Below are positions 49,585-59,901 of a stretch of DNA of 64,000 nucleotides, in pieces. The stretch lies in the IMG/VR virus record IMGVR_UViG_3300020731_000012, positions 31,827 through 95,826 of that record; one strand, 5' to 3'. The stretch comes from a virus. Positions within the stretch are counted from its first letter, which is position 1. Each line of letters opens with the position of its first letter. The notes below the pieces were generated by a model. The model was not told the DNA's origin. It was given only the letters and a program-made list of their open reading frames with translations, and did not search any database. Position numbers and translations under genes: made by a program.

Positions 49585-50028
49585 ATGGAACTATACCACC
49601 TACGATCGACCGATGATCCGTTAACTCGGGTCGTTAAGGACGATCCTGTGCGTCCACATATTCCATTAGAACAGCGCATTAACGATGCCGCTGAAATTCT
49701 TATTCTTAAGGCAGGTGAAGAAATCCTAGCGGCAACTTGCCTACAATGGCTCAGTGATATTCCAGAAGACGAGCAAGATCTTGTTGACATGGAAAAATCA
49801 AAAGATACCGCTGTTTTTTACACTATATGGAGTTATAAAGCCGGTGCAGGTCAAGCCCTAATCAAACAGGCTGCCGAATGGATTCTAGGCGAATTCAAAG
49901 ATGTAAAGAACATCGTTACACTTAGTCCACAAACAGAAACAGCTCGACGCTTTCATTTAAAAAACGGTGCTAAAGTTCATAAAACAAACGAAACTACCGT
50001 TAATTATCAGTACTACCGCAAAGAATAA
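49585..50028 (+). CDS. GNAT-fold protein resembling the malonyl-CoA decarboxylase catalytic core
   Basis: TAVFYTIWSY..GAG..LI...VTLSP..ARRFH.KNGA. Confidence 0.6.
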   Translation: MELYHLRSTDDPLTRVVKDDPVRPHIPLEQRINDAAEILILKAGEEILAATCLQWLSDIPEDEQDLVDMEKSKDTAVFYTIWSYKAGAGQALIKQAAEWILGEFKDVKNIVTLSPQTETARRFHLKNGAKVHKTNETTVNYQYYRKE

Positions 50029-50065
50029 AAGCAGGTAAATACTAGTTATAAAGGACTGGTATTAG

Positions 50066-50893
50066 ATGACTACTGCTCAGAGATCTCTTAGATTACAAAC
50101 GTATAGAACTAGCGATTTAACTAGCTTTACCTACAATAAAGGTGAGGTTTTCTATGACGCTGATCAGGGTGGTTTACGTCTGTTTGACGGTGTAACTACT
50201 GGTGGCAAAATCATTGGTAGTTCTGGTGCCGCAACAAGTGTAGGATCAACACCCCCTTCTAATCCAACTGCTGGACAATTATGGCTTAGTACAGATACAG
50301 GAAACTTGTATGTTTACTATGTTGATGCTAATGGCGGACACTGGGTTCAACCTTTACTGACATCTGTACCTGCAAGCACAGGATATTCATTACCTCCTGC
50401 AACTACAAGCACACTGGGTGGAGTTATTGCAGATGGTACTACAATTACAGTCAACGGCAGTGGTACAATATCTTATGTAAGTTCATATTCATTTACTAAT
50501 TCTAATTTACAAGGTAATACAGTACTGCAACACAGTGTTGATGTAGTGACTAATATTGCAGGCGTATCAGGAGGAACAGCTACATTTGATTGGTCAAGTG
50601 GATCTGCTACCTATTACCTAACAAACATCAGCGGTAATTTTACTGCTAATTTTTTAAATATTCCAACAACTAATAATCGATTATATGTATACAGCATTGC
50701 ACTGGTACAAGGAGCAACACCATATGTTCCTAATTCAACTGTTAATATTAACAGCGTAGGATATACAGTCAGTTGGGCAGGTGGAACTGCTCCGATAGGT
50801 GGTGCAAATGAAACTGATTTGTGTGTACTAACATTGTTTCGTGTAAGCAACAATTGGACTGTAGTTGGAACTTATACAACAAACGGAGTTTAA
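50066..50893 (+). CDS. tail-fibre-like structural protein
   Basis: PPSNP..GQLW..TDTG.LYVYY, LP.ATTS.LGGV, shared C-terminal fibre domain. Confidence 0.65.
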   Translation: MTTAQRSLRLQTYRTSDLTSFTYNKGEVFYDADQGGLRLFDGVTTGGKIIGSSGAATSVGSTPPSNPTAGQLWLSTDTGNLYVYYVDANGGHWVQPLLTSVPASTGYSLPPATTSTLGGVIADGTTITVNGSGTISYVSSYSFTNSNLQGNTVLQHSVDVVTNIAGVSGGTATFDWSSGSATYYLTNISGNFTANFLNIPTTNNRLYVYSIALVQGATPYVPNSTVNINSVGYTVSWAGGTAPIGGANETDLCVLTLFRVSNNWTVVGTYTTNGV

Positions 50894-50896
50894 TCA

Positions 50897-51412
50897 ATGG
50901 CAACAACATATACTTTACCGGCAGCAACTACATCATCATTAGGTGGTGTCATTGTCGATGGTGTGACTATTACAGTTAGTGGTACCGGTGTTATCAGTGC
51001 TGCCAGTAGCGGTGCATTTAATAGTGCTACATTAACTGGTACTACTACAATACAACATGCATCTGAAATAGTTACTCCCATAACCGGTGCTACTGGAACA
51101 GTAGTACACGATTTTGCTTCAGGCAGTGGAATTTTCTATCATACCAACATAGCCGGTAATTTTACAGCAAACTTTACCAATGTGCCTTTAGTAGTCAACA
51201 GAAGTATTTCAATTACACTAATTCTAATACAAGGTTCAAATCCTTATATTCCTTATGCAGTTTCTATCAACGGCGTAAGTCAAAATTTATATTGGAATGG
51301 CGGTATACAACCAACCGGATACGCAAACAAGAAAGATTTTGTAACATTTAACATGGTATACAATGCCGCTGGCACATGGGTAATTGCCGCAGGTTTAGCA
51401 AGTTACGGATAA
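50897..51412 (+). CDS. tail-fibre-like structural protein
   Basis: YTLPAATTSSLGGV plus C-terminal domain paralogous to previous gene. Confidence 0.65.
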   Translation: MATTYTLPAATTSSLGGVIVDGVTITVSGTGVISAASSGAFNSATLTGTTTIQHASEIVTPITGATGTVVHDFASGSGIFYHTNIAGNFTANFTNVPLVVNRSISITLILIQGSNPYIPYAVSINGVSQNLYWNGGIQPTGYANKKDFVTFNMVYNAAGTWVIAAGLASYG

Positions 51413-51415
51413 TAT

Positions 51416-52063
51416 ATGAGTTTATTATTTCCAGTTCCGACTTATGTAGGACAACAACAGAATTATAACGGCAACACATGGTCGTGGAACGGACTTGCCT
51501 GGGATTTACAGCCACCTGCAACTGAAACATTTACTAGCGTACTAGTTACTGGAACATTATCAGCTGGACAAATAACGGTTACTAACGGTAGTATCACTGC
51601 TAATATAACTGGCAATGCCGCTACAGTTACCAACGGGATCTATAATACAGACGTAGGTACAGTTAGTAACACTATGTTAAGTTCAAATGGGCAACTTATA
51701 GTCAATGGTACAACACTAACGCTAGGTGGAACAAGTACTATCACAGCGGCCGCAGGAACATTAACTGGTACGACACTAAATTCAACTGTAGTGTCAAGTA
51801 GTTTAACCAGCGTAGGAACGCTAACCAGTTTAACAGTATCGGGCACATCGGCACATGCCGCAGGAAGTTTTTCAGGCATATTGTCAGTGACCAATACCAC
51901 TGTATCTACTAGTACATCTACTGGTGCGTTAGTAGTTACTGGTGGTATCGCAACAGGCGACAGCATAAGAGCAGTAGGCAACATTTATTCTAATGGTAAC
52001 ATCTTTTCAAACGGTGTCAACTTAAAAACATTTTCAGTAGCTATGGGGGCCGCATTGGCATAA
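51416..52063 (+). CDS. tail-fibre-like structural protein
   Basis: FP..P..GQ......W.WNG.AW; SSLTSVGTL; STSTGALVV.GG; C-terminal SVAMGAALA. Confidence 0.65.
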   Translation: MSLLFPVPTYVGQQQNYNGNTWSWNGLAWDLQPPATETFTSVLVTGTLSAGQITVTNGSITANITGNAATVTNGIYNTDVGTVSNTMLSSNGQLIVNGTTLTLGGTSTITAAAGTLTGTTLNSTVVSSSLTSVGTLTSLTVSGTSAHAAGSFSGILSVTNTTVSTSTSTGALVVTGGIATGDSIRAVGNIYSNGNIFSNGVNLKTFSVAMGAALA

Positions 52064-52066
52064 ACT

Positions 52067-52993
52067 ATGACAGTACAAATAAAACTTAGACGGGATACGG
52101 CATCCAATTGGATAAATGTAAATCCTACGTTAGCACTTGGGGAGCCGGGCTTAGAAACCGACACCCTTAAGATCAAATATGGTGATGGTATAAACCCTTG
52201 GGTGAACTTACCGTATCCTACCAACTATGCCACTGTAGCGGCTGCTGGAACCTTAACAGGAACAACGCTAGCACCAAACGTGTATGCTAGTAGTCTTACC
52301 AGTGTTGGAACCCTAGTTAATTTAACTGTTACAAACCCTATCAACGGCAGTATCAGTGGCAATGCGGCCACAGCCAGTGTAGCAACTGCAATTAATGGAG
52401 GAATTAGTAATCAAATTCCCTATCAATCCGGTGCAAATACTACAGCGTTTATTGCAGTTCCAGCAACACCTAATACCTACTTGTCATGGACTGGATCAGG
52501 ATTTACATGGGCCGCTCCAAGTGCAAGTGCGGCAGCCGGACTACTAACTGGAACAACTTTGGCTTCTAATGTAGTAACATCAAACTTAACTACCTTAGGT
52601 AATTTAACAGGGTTAACTAGTTCTGGGCAAGTTAACGTAACTGCTACTACCGTTTCATCTGCTAGCAACGCTGGTGCATTAGTTGTAGCAGGTGGTACAG
52701 GAGTAGGGGGTGCTCTTAATGTTGCAGGAACAGTTGGGCTTGCAGGAGTTGTAAACATAACAAACAGCACAGCTAGTTCTGCATACACAAATGGTGCATT
52801 GGTTGTGTCAGGTGGTGTAGGTATTGCTGGCAATACTTATATTCAAGGTAATCTAGTAGTAGCTGGCAATATTACAGATACCGCTGGCAATGTTATAGTA
52901 CAGGCTGGTAATTTAACCGTGTCCGGATCAGCAACTGTAGGCGGTATAAACACAAAATCACTATCCATAGCTATGGCGGCCGCCTTAAGCTAA
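52067..52993 (+). CDS. tail fibre with major-tropism-determinant/hyaluronidase-type N-terminal domain
   Basis: QIKLRRDTASNW..VNPTLALGEPGLETDT.KIKYGDG...W..LPY; GALVV.GG.G repeats. Confidence 0.75.
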   Translation: MTVQIKLRRDTASNWINVNPTLALGEPGLETDTLKIKYGDGINPWVNLPYPTNYATVAAAGTLTGTTLAPNVYASSLTSVGTLVNLTVTNPINGSISGNAATASVATAINGGISNQIPYQSGANTTAFIAVPATPNTYLSWTGSGFTWAAPSASAAAGLLTGTTLASNVVTSNLTTLGNLTGLTSSGQVNVTATTVSSASNAGALVVAGGTGVGGALNVAGTVGLAGVVNITNSTASSAYTNGALVVSGGVGIAGNTYIQGNLVVAGNITDTAGNVIVQAGNLTVSGSATVGGINTKSLSIAMAAALS

Positions 52994-53021
52994 TAGGTAA
53001 ATACGAAATACGGAGAATTAA

Positions 53022-56000
53022 ATGGCAAAAGCACAACTTAGAACATACGTCTTTACCCCAGGGGCTGCGGGTGCAGGCACGATCGAAGTTCCAGGAAAAT
53101 ACGATCTACAACAGTTTTTAGTAATTACTAATACCACTAAAAACAGCATAATTTATAATTTTGCAGATACAACTTATGCAGGCACTACTGTTACATTCAG
53201 TAGAACGAACGATGCGGCATTTGTTAATGCACTAGATAATAGTGACGGAACTACGACAATTACGCTGGCTATAAACACCAGCACAATGTCATCTACTGAC
53301 ACGCTACAAATTCTCTACGAACAACCATTCCAATATGTACGTAGCCCAGAAATTGGAACAGATGCTTTTGAACGTCAACGTGTTGCCGCTCCACAGTCAT
53401 TACTAGACGCGGACTTTGAATATGGTATGCAACCTACTAAGTGGTTGACTATCAGCCAAGAACGTGGATATCCTTCAATTTATGAAGTTCCTGGTACTGA
53501 TCTTACTGTTACGGCTGCAACCACAGATGCAAGTACACTGTCTGGTGGTGCATCAACTGCGGAATCGATTATTACAATTACTACAGCAATAGCACACGGC
53601 TACCAAGTTGGTAATGCGATTACTATCAAAGGCTTTAACTCAGCTATTACAGGTTTTGACCGTGCTGAGGGATCATTTATTATCTATCAAGTACCGTCAA
53701 CAACAACATTTACCTATATTGCCAAAGGTAAAGTAGGTTTTAACAACGGTGACAACATTTATACTCCGTTCATACAGTTACGCCAAGGTGGATTGTATAC
53801 TGGTTCATCAATCAATGCTGTGATCAACCAAACTATTACAGCAACTACTACCAGTACTAACCTAGTAACTGTAGGTTCAACTACAGGTATGTTCCAAGGT
53901 TCTCCATTCCTAGTACAACAAGTTATTACCAACGCAGTTGCTACTAACAGTTCAAACAATCAAATTACTCTAGGCACTACCATCGGTTTGATAGTAGGTA
54001 TGCCTATTACAATGACTGGTGCAAGTTTTGGAGGATTGACTTCGGGTACTACATATTATGTAAAAACTATTGTAGATACTAGAACAATTACAATGACCAC
54101 AGATTCTGGTGGTACTACTGTATTTGTTCCATCAAGTACTTCACAAGGTGGTAACATGTATGTTACAGGCGGTGCAAGTTTTGGTGGATTAACAGCAGGT
54201 ACACAGTATTATATTGCAAGTGTATCGAGCGGTACCCAAGTAACCTTAAGTAACAACATCAACTACACAACTTCAATTACTAACACTTATGCTGTAAACA
54301 ACTCAGTACGTTTTTCAGCATATACATATCAAGGAATTAGCTATCCAGGTACTACCAACATGACCTTAGGTGAACAGATCACTATTACTGGTACTACTAT
54401 TGGTAACTTAGTAGCAGGTACATATTACGTTTACCAGATCATTGACGGTTATACAGCGATTCTAAGCACTAGTGCTACAGGCTATCAAACTGGTAGTTTC
54501 TTTGTTCAAACAACAGCAAGTGGTACTATGTCAGCGGCGGTTGGTACAACTATACCACTGTCAACAGCTACAGGTTATTTGTGGGCGACCAACATGAGTC
54601 AGCCAACATTTACATTCTCAACAGCGACTCAAGCGGCTTCGTTTACAGCCAGCATAACTGGTAACCAAATGACCGTTACTGCTGTGGCCAGCGGTACTAT
54701 TGCAGTTGGACAAGGTGTTGCCCTAACCACAGCTAATACAGTACCTAGTCTAACAGTGATTCTAGCCAACGTAAGTGGTGCGGCATACGCATCAGGTGGC
54801 GGTACTAGTGTATGGACAGTGAGTACAACAGTTGGAAGTCCAATTAGTTCAACATCAACATTCCAATCAACTACAACACAACCAACAATTACAGTTAATA
54901 CAACTAGTCCACATGGATTCACTCCAGGGCAAACTATTAACACCTATATCACATCAGATAACGGAACTAACAATCACGTGTTAGCTCAAGGTCCGTACTT
55001 TGTTGAAGCAGTTACAAGTGCTACAACATTTACCTATACATGTCGTGCTCCAGGATTTATTACTTCCGGTACAGCAATTTTAGGACTAGTATATGCTCGT
55101 TCAGACAGTAACTTTAGTCACAGACCGTTTGACGGTGGTGTACAATTAGGTACAGGTTTACCTAGTTATGCAGGACAGGCCATACGTATGAGTAAGAAGT
55201 ATATTCGTTACCAATCTGGTAAATCAATTAACTTCAACACTGGTTTGTTAATGGCACCTAACTACTTTGTACGTCAGGTAACAGCTAACGGTACAGCACC
55301 TGGTTCAACTATTACAATCACAACTGACGACGTTGATCACGGTTGTCAAATTGGTGCGCAGGTAACACTAAGCGGTGTTATTACCAGCGGATTTAACGGA
55401 ACATACACAGTGTCAGGTATTGTTGATGAGCGTACACTGCAAGTTATAGCAACACAAACGCTGGGCACCGTTCCTAATGGCGTTACTGGTGCAACAGTTA
55501 CTGACCCAGCATTGTTAAGTATTAACAGTTGGTATGGTGCTACTGTACGTTCTGGTACATTTGATGAACAAAACGGTGTGTTCTGGCAGTTTGACGGTCA
55601 GACTCCTCAAGTAGTTCGTCGTTCAAGCACTTTCCAGCTAGCTGGTACAATTACAGTTATAGTAGGTTCAGGACAGATTATTGGTCTAAACACTCGCTTT
55701 ACTACACAGTGTACTGTAGGATGCCGTGTTGTTATCCGCGGTATGACTCATATGGTTACACAGGTTGTTAATGATACACTAATGTATGTTAACCCACAGT
55801 ATCGTGGATCTACATCGATTAGCGGTATTAAGATGACTCGTACTATCGATCGTGTAGTTCCACAAAGTCAATGGAACATCGACCGTTGCGATGGAACTAA
55901 CAGTCCTTATAACCCAAGCGGATATTTACTAGTACCAATTAAAATGCAAATGGTCTGTGTACAATGGACATGGTACGGTGCTGGATTTATTGACTGGATG

Positions 56001-58004
56001 CTACGTGGACCAGAAGGCAAATACATTACTGTACACCGTCTACGTAACAACAACTTAAACAACGAAGCTTGGATGCGAGCTGGTAACTTGCCAGTACGCT
56101 ATGAAGTGCAGAACGAAGGTCCGTTCAGCTTTATCTCAGGTACAGTTGCAGTTGGTAATACTGACACAGCTATTCCAATCAATGATGCTAGTCGTTTCCC
56201 AACTCCAGCTGCCGGTAATACTGCTACGATCTACATCGATAATGAATTAATTTCATACACCGGTGTAGTCAGCGGATATGCTACAGCTACATCAGCTAGT
56301 ACCAACACTGTAACAGTATCAAGTTCAGCTAACATGGCTGTTAACCAACCCGTGGTATTTACAAACAATTCAACATACGCTAACTTGGGTAATATTGTAT
56401 CAGGTGTTACTTACTATGTTAATTCGGTTCTAAATTCAACTACAATTACACTATCTACAACAAGCGGTGGCGGTGTAATGACACAGATCAATGCAAGCAT
56501 AGGATCATGGCTAATGACCTATGGTACACTGACAGGTTGTACACGAGCTGTATCAATCAGCCCATGGGCGACTGGTGGTTATCGTTCATTTACAGCAGGT
56601 AGTGCCGCTAGCCATGCAGTTAGTACGGGTGTTATCCTAGTCAATGCCACAGCAAGTCCGATTGTAAGTCACTGGGGTGCGGCGTTTATTGAAGACGGTG
56701 GTTTTGATACTGACCGTTCATACATTTTCAACTACTCACAGCCTAACGTTAACATTACAACTAAAAAGACCACAGCGTTTGCTGTTCGACTAGCACCATC
56801 AGTTAGTAACGCTCTAACAGGCGACCTAGGACAACGTGAATTGATTAACCGTGCGTCATTCTTGTTACAAACACTAGAATCTAGTGCGGGTGCTGGTGCT
56901 GGTAACGCGGCCTTGGTTATTGAAGGTATTATCAATCCAAGCAACATGCCTAGTTTGACCAATATTAACTTTGCGTCATTGAACTCGGCAGCTAACCCAA
57001 CTGGACAACCAAGTTTCAGTCAAGTTGCTCCAGGGTCATCAATGGTGTTTACTGGGTCAGTTAACAATTACTTGACTAGCCCTGTTTACATTCCAGCTGG
57101 TACATTCTATGTTCCAACTACAGCGGCAGCCAGCGCAGTATCTCCGAACGTACTAGTAGGCGATGACGTATTTTTCCCAAGCTCAACTGGTAGCTTGTAT
57201 GGACAGACCAAAGTGGCACAGGTACTAGCCTATGCTCCAGCATTGACTTCAGCTACGATTACAGTTGGTTCAACAGCTACTATTGGTACTGCTACAATTT
57301 CAGGTACAACACTAAGTGGTGCAGTATCAGCAGGAACACTGGCAGTTGGTATGGTAATATCAGGAGCAGGTGTAGTCGCAGGCACATATATTGTGGCCAA
57401 CTTGACTGGTTCAGCTACAGCTGGTCCAAGTACATGGACTGTAAGTATTAGCCAATCATTGCCAAACCCAACAACCTTAACTGGTACACCTTATACACTA
57501 ACAGTTCCAACTGGTGTTGCAGGTAGCCCAGTATTACCAGGTGCGTTGTTAACAGGTACTGGTACAGTGGCCAATACGTTTGTAACCATACAGTTGACCA
57601 ATACTACTACACAGTCAGGTCTAGCTGGTACTTATGCATTGGTAAGTGCAACCAACACTATCACAGCACAGGCAGCAACTACCTTAACAGCTACATTCAA
57701 TGGTTTCTATCTAAACCAAGTAACTGCTACAGGTATCGCAGGTTCAAGCAGTCTAAGCTATACAGTCAACTTTAGCCGTGCTACATACGCATTGCCAGGC
57801 GAAACGGTATTTACGTACATTAACGCTCCTGCTAACAAAGACTCGTTAGATTTGACATCATTTAAGGAATTGACCAATACGCCAATTGGTGGACGTGGTA
57901 CATATCCAAATGGTTGTGATATCTTGTTTATTAATGCTTACATTACACAAGGTACGCCAATTAACCAGAACTTGGTTCTACGTTGGGGTGAAGCTCAAGC
58001 GTAA
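53022..58004 (+). CDS. giant (1660 aa) virion structural/fibre protein
   Basis: Thr/Gly/Ser-rich with repeated T...HG...G..I and GGL.AGT.YY modules; GGAGA RBS, TAAATA upstream, terminator downstream. Confidence 0.75.
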   Translation: MAKAQLRTYVFTPGAAGAGTIEVPGKYDLQQFLVITNTTKNSIIYNFADTTYAGTTVTFSRTNDAAFVNALDNSDGTTTITLAINTSTMSSTDTLQILYEQPFQYVRSPEIGTDAFERQRVAAPQSLLDADFEYGMQPTKWLTISQERGYPSIYEVPGTDLTVTAATTDASTLSGGASTAESIITITTAIAHGYQVGNAITIKGFNSAITGFDRAEGSFIIYQVPSTTTFTYIAKGKVGFNNGDNIYTPFIQLRQGGLYTGSSINAVINQTITATTTSTNLVTVGSTTGMFQGSPFLVQQVITNAVATNSSNNQITLGTTIGLIVGMPITMTGASFGGLTSGTTYYVKTIVDTRTITMTTDSGGTTVFVPSSTSQGGNMYVTGGASFGGLTAGTQYYIASVSSGTQVTLSNNINYTTSITNTYAVNNSVRFSAYTYQGISYPGTTNMTLGEQITITGTTIGNLVAGTYYVYQIIDGYTAILSTSATGYQTGSFFVQTTASGTMSAAVGTTIPLSTATGYLWATNMSQPTFTFSTATQAASFTASITGNQMTVTAVASGTIAVGQGVALTTANTVPSLTVILANVSGAAYASGGGTSVWTVSTTVGSPISSTSTFQSTTTQPTITVNTTSPHGFTPGQTINTYITSDNGTNNHVLAQGPYFVEAVTSATTFTYTCRAPGFITSGTAILGLVYARSDSNFSHRPFDGGVQLGTGLPSYAGQAIRMSKKYIRYQSGKSINFNTGLLMAPNYFVRQVTANGTAPGSTITITTDDVDHGCQIGAQVTLSGVITSGFNGTYTVSGIVDERTLQVIATQTLGTVPNGVTGATVTDPALLSINSWYGATVRSGTFDEQNGVFWQFDGQTPQVVRRSSTFQLAGTITVIVGSGQIIGLNTRFTTQCTVGCRVVIRGMTHMVTQVVNDTLMYVNPQYRGSTSISGIKMTRTIDRVVPQSQWNIDRCDGTNSPYNPSGYLLVPIKMQMVCVQWTWYGAGFIDWMLRGPEGKYITVHRLRNNNLNNEAWMRAGNLPVRYEVQNEGPFSFISGTVAVGNTDTAIPINDASRFPTPAAGNTATIYIDNELISYTGVVSGYATATSASTNTVTVSSSANMAVNQPVVFTNNSTYANLGNIVSGVTYYVNSVLNSTTITLSTTSGGGVMTQINASIGSWLMTYGTLTGCTRAVSISPWATGGYRSFTAGSAASHAVSTGVILVNATASPIVSHWGAAFIEDGGFDTDRSYIFNYSQPNVNITTKKTTAFAVRLAPSVSNALTGDLGQRELINRASFLLQTLESSAGAGAGNAALVIEGIINPSNMPSLTNINFASLNSAANPTGQPSFSQVAPGSSMVFTGSVNNYLTSPVYIPAGTFYVPTTAAASAVSPNVLVGDDVFFPSSTGSLYGQTKVAQVLAYAPALTSATITVGSTATIGTATISGTTLSGAVSAGTLAVGMVISGAGVVAGTYIVANLTGSATAGPSTWTVSISQSLPNPTTLTGTPYTLTVPTGVAGSPVLPGALLTGTGTVANTFVTIQLTNTTTQSGLAGTYALVSATNTITAQAATTLTATFNGFYLNQVTATGIAGSSSLSYTVNFSRATYALPGETVFTYINAPANKDSLDLTSFKELTNTPIGGRGTYPNGCDILFINAYITQGTPINQNLVLRWGEAQA

Positions 58005-58007
58005 AAG

Positions 58008-58033
58008 AAAAAGCACCGCAAGGTGCTTTTTTT
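58008..58033 (+). terminator. intrinsic terminator
   Basis: AAAAAGCACC-GCAA-GGTGCTTTTTTT. Confidence 0.9.
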
Positions 58034-58065
58034 ATGGCCCCATACCGCTAGGCATAATTAAGTGT

Positions 58066-58620
58066 ATGATACATTCTTGGGGACCTATGCTGTGGCAAAC
58101 TCGCGTTGATCAGTCAATAGCTGATGAGTTTGTCATGCGCGGCTTGTTAATTGACACTAGTATAGGCGATCGCTTGGCCAGCACTATTAAAGATGTACGT
58201 GAGTATACTGATCACGAGGATTTGTCTTGGATTGTCAACAGTCTTAGCCCCTACTGGGAACAGTACTTAAAACATCAAAAGCCCAAGCCCCAGCAGGTCA
58301 ATCTAGCCAAAACGTGGATCAACTTTCAACGGGCCAACGAGCTTAACCCCGAACACCTACATGACAGTGCGTTCAGTTGGGTCTTATATGCCAGTATACC
58401 CAAAGAGCTACAAGCTGAATATTCTGCCAATCCCGAGCAGGGTGCAGGCACGATCACATTCCGCTACGGTGAGCAGATGCCCTACAGTCGTAATCAAAAT
58501 TGGTTTTTCCCCGAAGCGGGCGACATGTTTGTGTTTCCCAGCTGGCTAGCACATTGGGTAACACCTTTTACCAGCAACTGCACCAGAGTCAGTGTCAGCG
58601 GCAATTTACTAGTCAGTTAG
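58066..58620 (+). CDS. 2OG-Fe(II) oxygenase (TIGR02466-like)
   Basis: WINFQ..NELNPEHLH...SWVLY...FPSWLAHWV.PF....RVSVSGN; start reassigned to ATG 58066, downstream of the terminator. Confidence 0.85.
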   Translation: MIHSWGPMLWQTRVDQSIADEFVMRGLLIDTSIGDRLASTIKDVREYTDHEDLSWIVNSLSPYWEQYLKHQKPKPQQVNLAKTWINFQRANELNPEHLHDSAFSWVLYASIPKELQAEYSANPEQGAGTITFRYGEQMPYSRNQNWFFPEAGDMFVFPSWLAHWVTPFTSNCTRVSVSGNLLVS

Positions 58621-59243
58621 CCCAGGCTGCCTGGCGTAGCATCACTATAGAACTTGGAGCCGCCAGCTACAAAACGTCCCACAGTGGCTACCAGTTCTTT
58701 CAACATGGCATAGGCCGATTCTAAAGCCCTTTCATGTATCTGTTGCATAACATCTTTGACAAACACAGGATCTACTAGAATGTCATGTTCAAATACACCG
58801 GTCAGTTCGGGATCTACAACACCTCTATGTCGGTCAATTTCACCATAGTAGATTGATCGTTCTAGCTGTGTAACTAACAGCGCGGCCACAGTCCATCCTC
58901 TGGTCAAGATCAGTCCGGCTACATCCATTAACACATCACCTAGGGTAAACTGCCATTGATCTACAGTAGAGTCTTTGTTTTTCCAAAGATCTGATATGCT
59001 CTTGCCATCTTCATAGAGCATCCAAATGTACAGAGCCTTGCCTATGATACTGGTCATGCTCATGGTCTTGATACTACGTCTTAGTGCTTGGGGTAGTAGC
59101 TGTTTGACTTCTTCACGTGTGATAGACAGGGCCTTTTTGACAGCGGGTTTGGTCAATTGATGTGCTACAGCACCGCCCGCTACAGCCTGCCCAGCGCCAG
59201 TGGCTGTGTTGGCTTGACTTGATGTAAGTTCGTATAATCTCAT
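58617..59243 (-). CDS. hypothetical protein
   Basis: 208 aa, MRLYEL start, TAAATA 5 nt upstream. Confidence 0.6.
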   Translation of the reverse strand: MRLYELTSSQANTATGAGQAVAGGAVAHQLTKPAVKKALSITREEVKQLLPQALRRSIKTMSMTSIIGKALYIWMLYEDGKSISDLWKNKDSTVDQWQFTLGDVLMDVAGLILTRGWTVAALLVTQLERSIYYGEIDRHRGVVDPELTGVFEHDILVDPVFVKDVMQQIHERALESAYAMLKELVATVGRFVAGGSKFYSDATPGSLG

Positions 59244-59281
59244 ACTAGTATTTATCGCTGATCAAACTATAAATATTTTAT

Positions 59282-59533
59282 ATGATCTACTTGCCCGAGT
59301 ATCATGACTTCAACCATTTGGCCTTGGTTCCTTGGCCACGTGATCCGCTTTACACTCAAGATGACTGGGTCTATGCTATAGAAACTATAGAATCCTGGCT
59401 AGAGCAGTATACAGGCCCACATTGGGTAGAATGGGCATTTGCCACCACTCAAGAGCAGGAATATTGGCAGGCCTGCATAGCATTTCGTAGAGAACGCAAC
59501 AAGACCTTGTTCTTGCTCACCTGGAGTGCCTAG
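59282..59533 (+). CDS. small Trp-rich hypothetical protein
   Basis: 83 aa; TATAAATA (exact T4 late consensus) at 59268-59275. Confidence 0.65.
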   Translation: MIYLPEYHDFNHLALVPWPRDPLYTQDDWVYAIETIESWLEQYTGPHWVEWAFATTQEQEYWQACIAFRRERNKTLFLLTWSA

Positions 59534-59723
59534 ACATACAAATACCAGCTATAAGTGCATTTGGGTTAGCACTGTTGGCATTGATACGTTCTATATCCTC
59601 TAGAGCCAATTCTAGCGAAGCAATGCGATCAGCCTGCAGATACACACGATTACGCAGATTACTAGCGTCCATCCACGACAGTAGCATGCTCAATAAACGG
59701 GGAATTAGACTGGTCCAGATCAT
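59517..59723 (-). CDS. small hypothetical protein
   Basis: 68 aa; GGCTATATACTGT immediately before ATG. Confidence 0.5.
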   Translation of the reverse strand: MIWTSLIPRLLSMLLSWMDASNLRNRVYLQADRIASLELALEDIERINANSANPNALIAGICMSRHSR

Positions 59724-59901
59724 ACAGTATATAGCCGCAGGGCGGCCGCAGAAATTTCAATCGCGAAGCGGCAGCGGAAAATTTTAGGATACCTACGCGA
59801 AGCGTAGCGGCACAACGCAAGTTCTGCTAGCGGTAGCGCCTCCCCGTGGCCTCTAGGATATGGAATGTAACTGGCTAGTTCAGGGCCGGAATAAATATAC
59901 A

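Noticed and set aside
52067-52993. Diversity-generating retroelement suggested by the Mtd-type N-terminal domain
   Set aside because: No reverse transcriptase and no TR/VR repeat pair seen in the window; this domain is a common fibre anchor
57886-58065. N-terminal extension of the 57886..58620 ORF
   Set aside because: It overlaps the giant fibre gene and crosses a strong terminator; the real start is probably 58066
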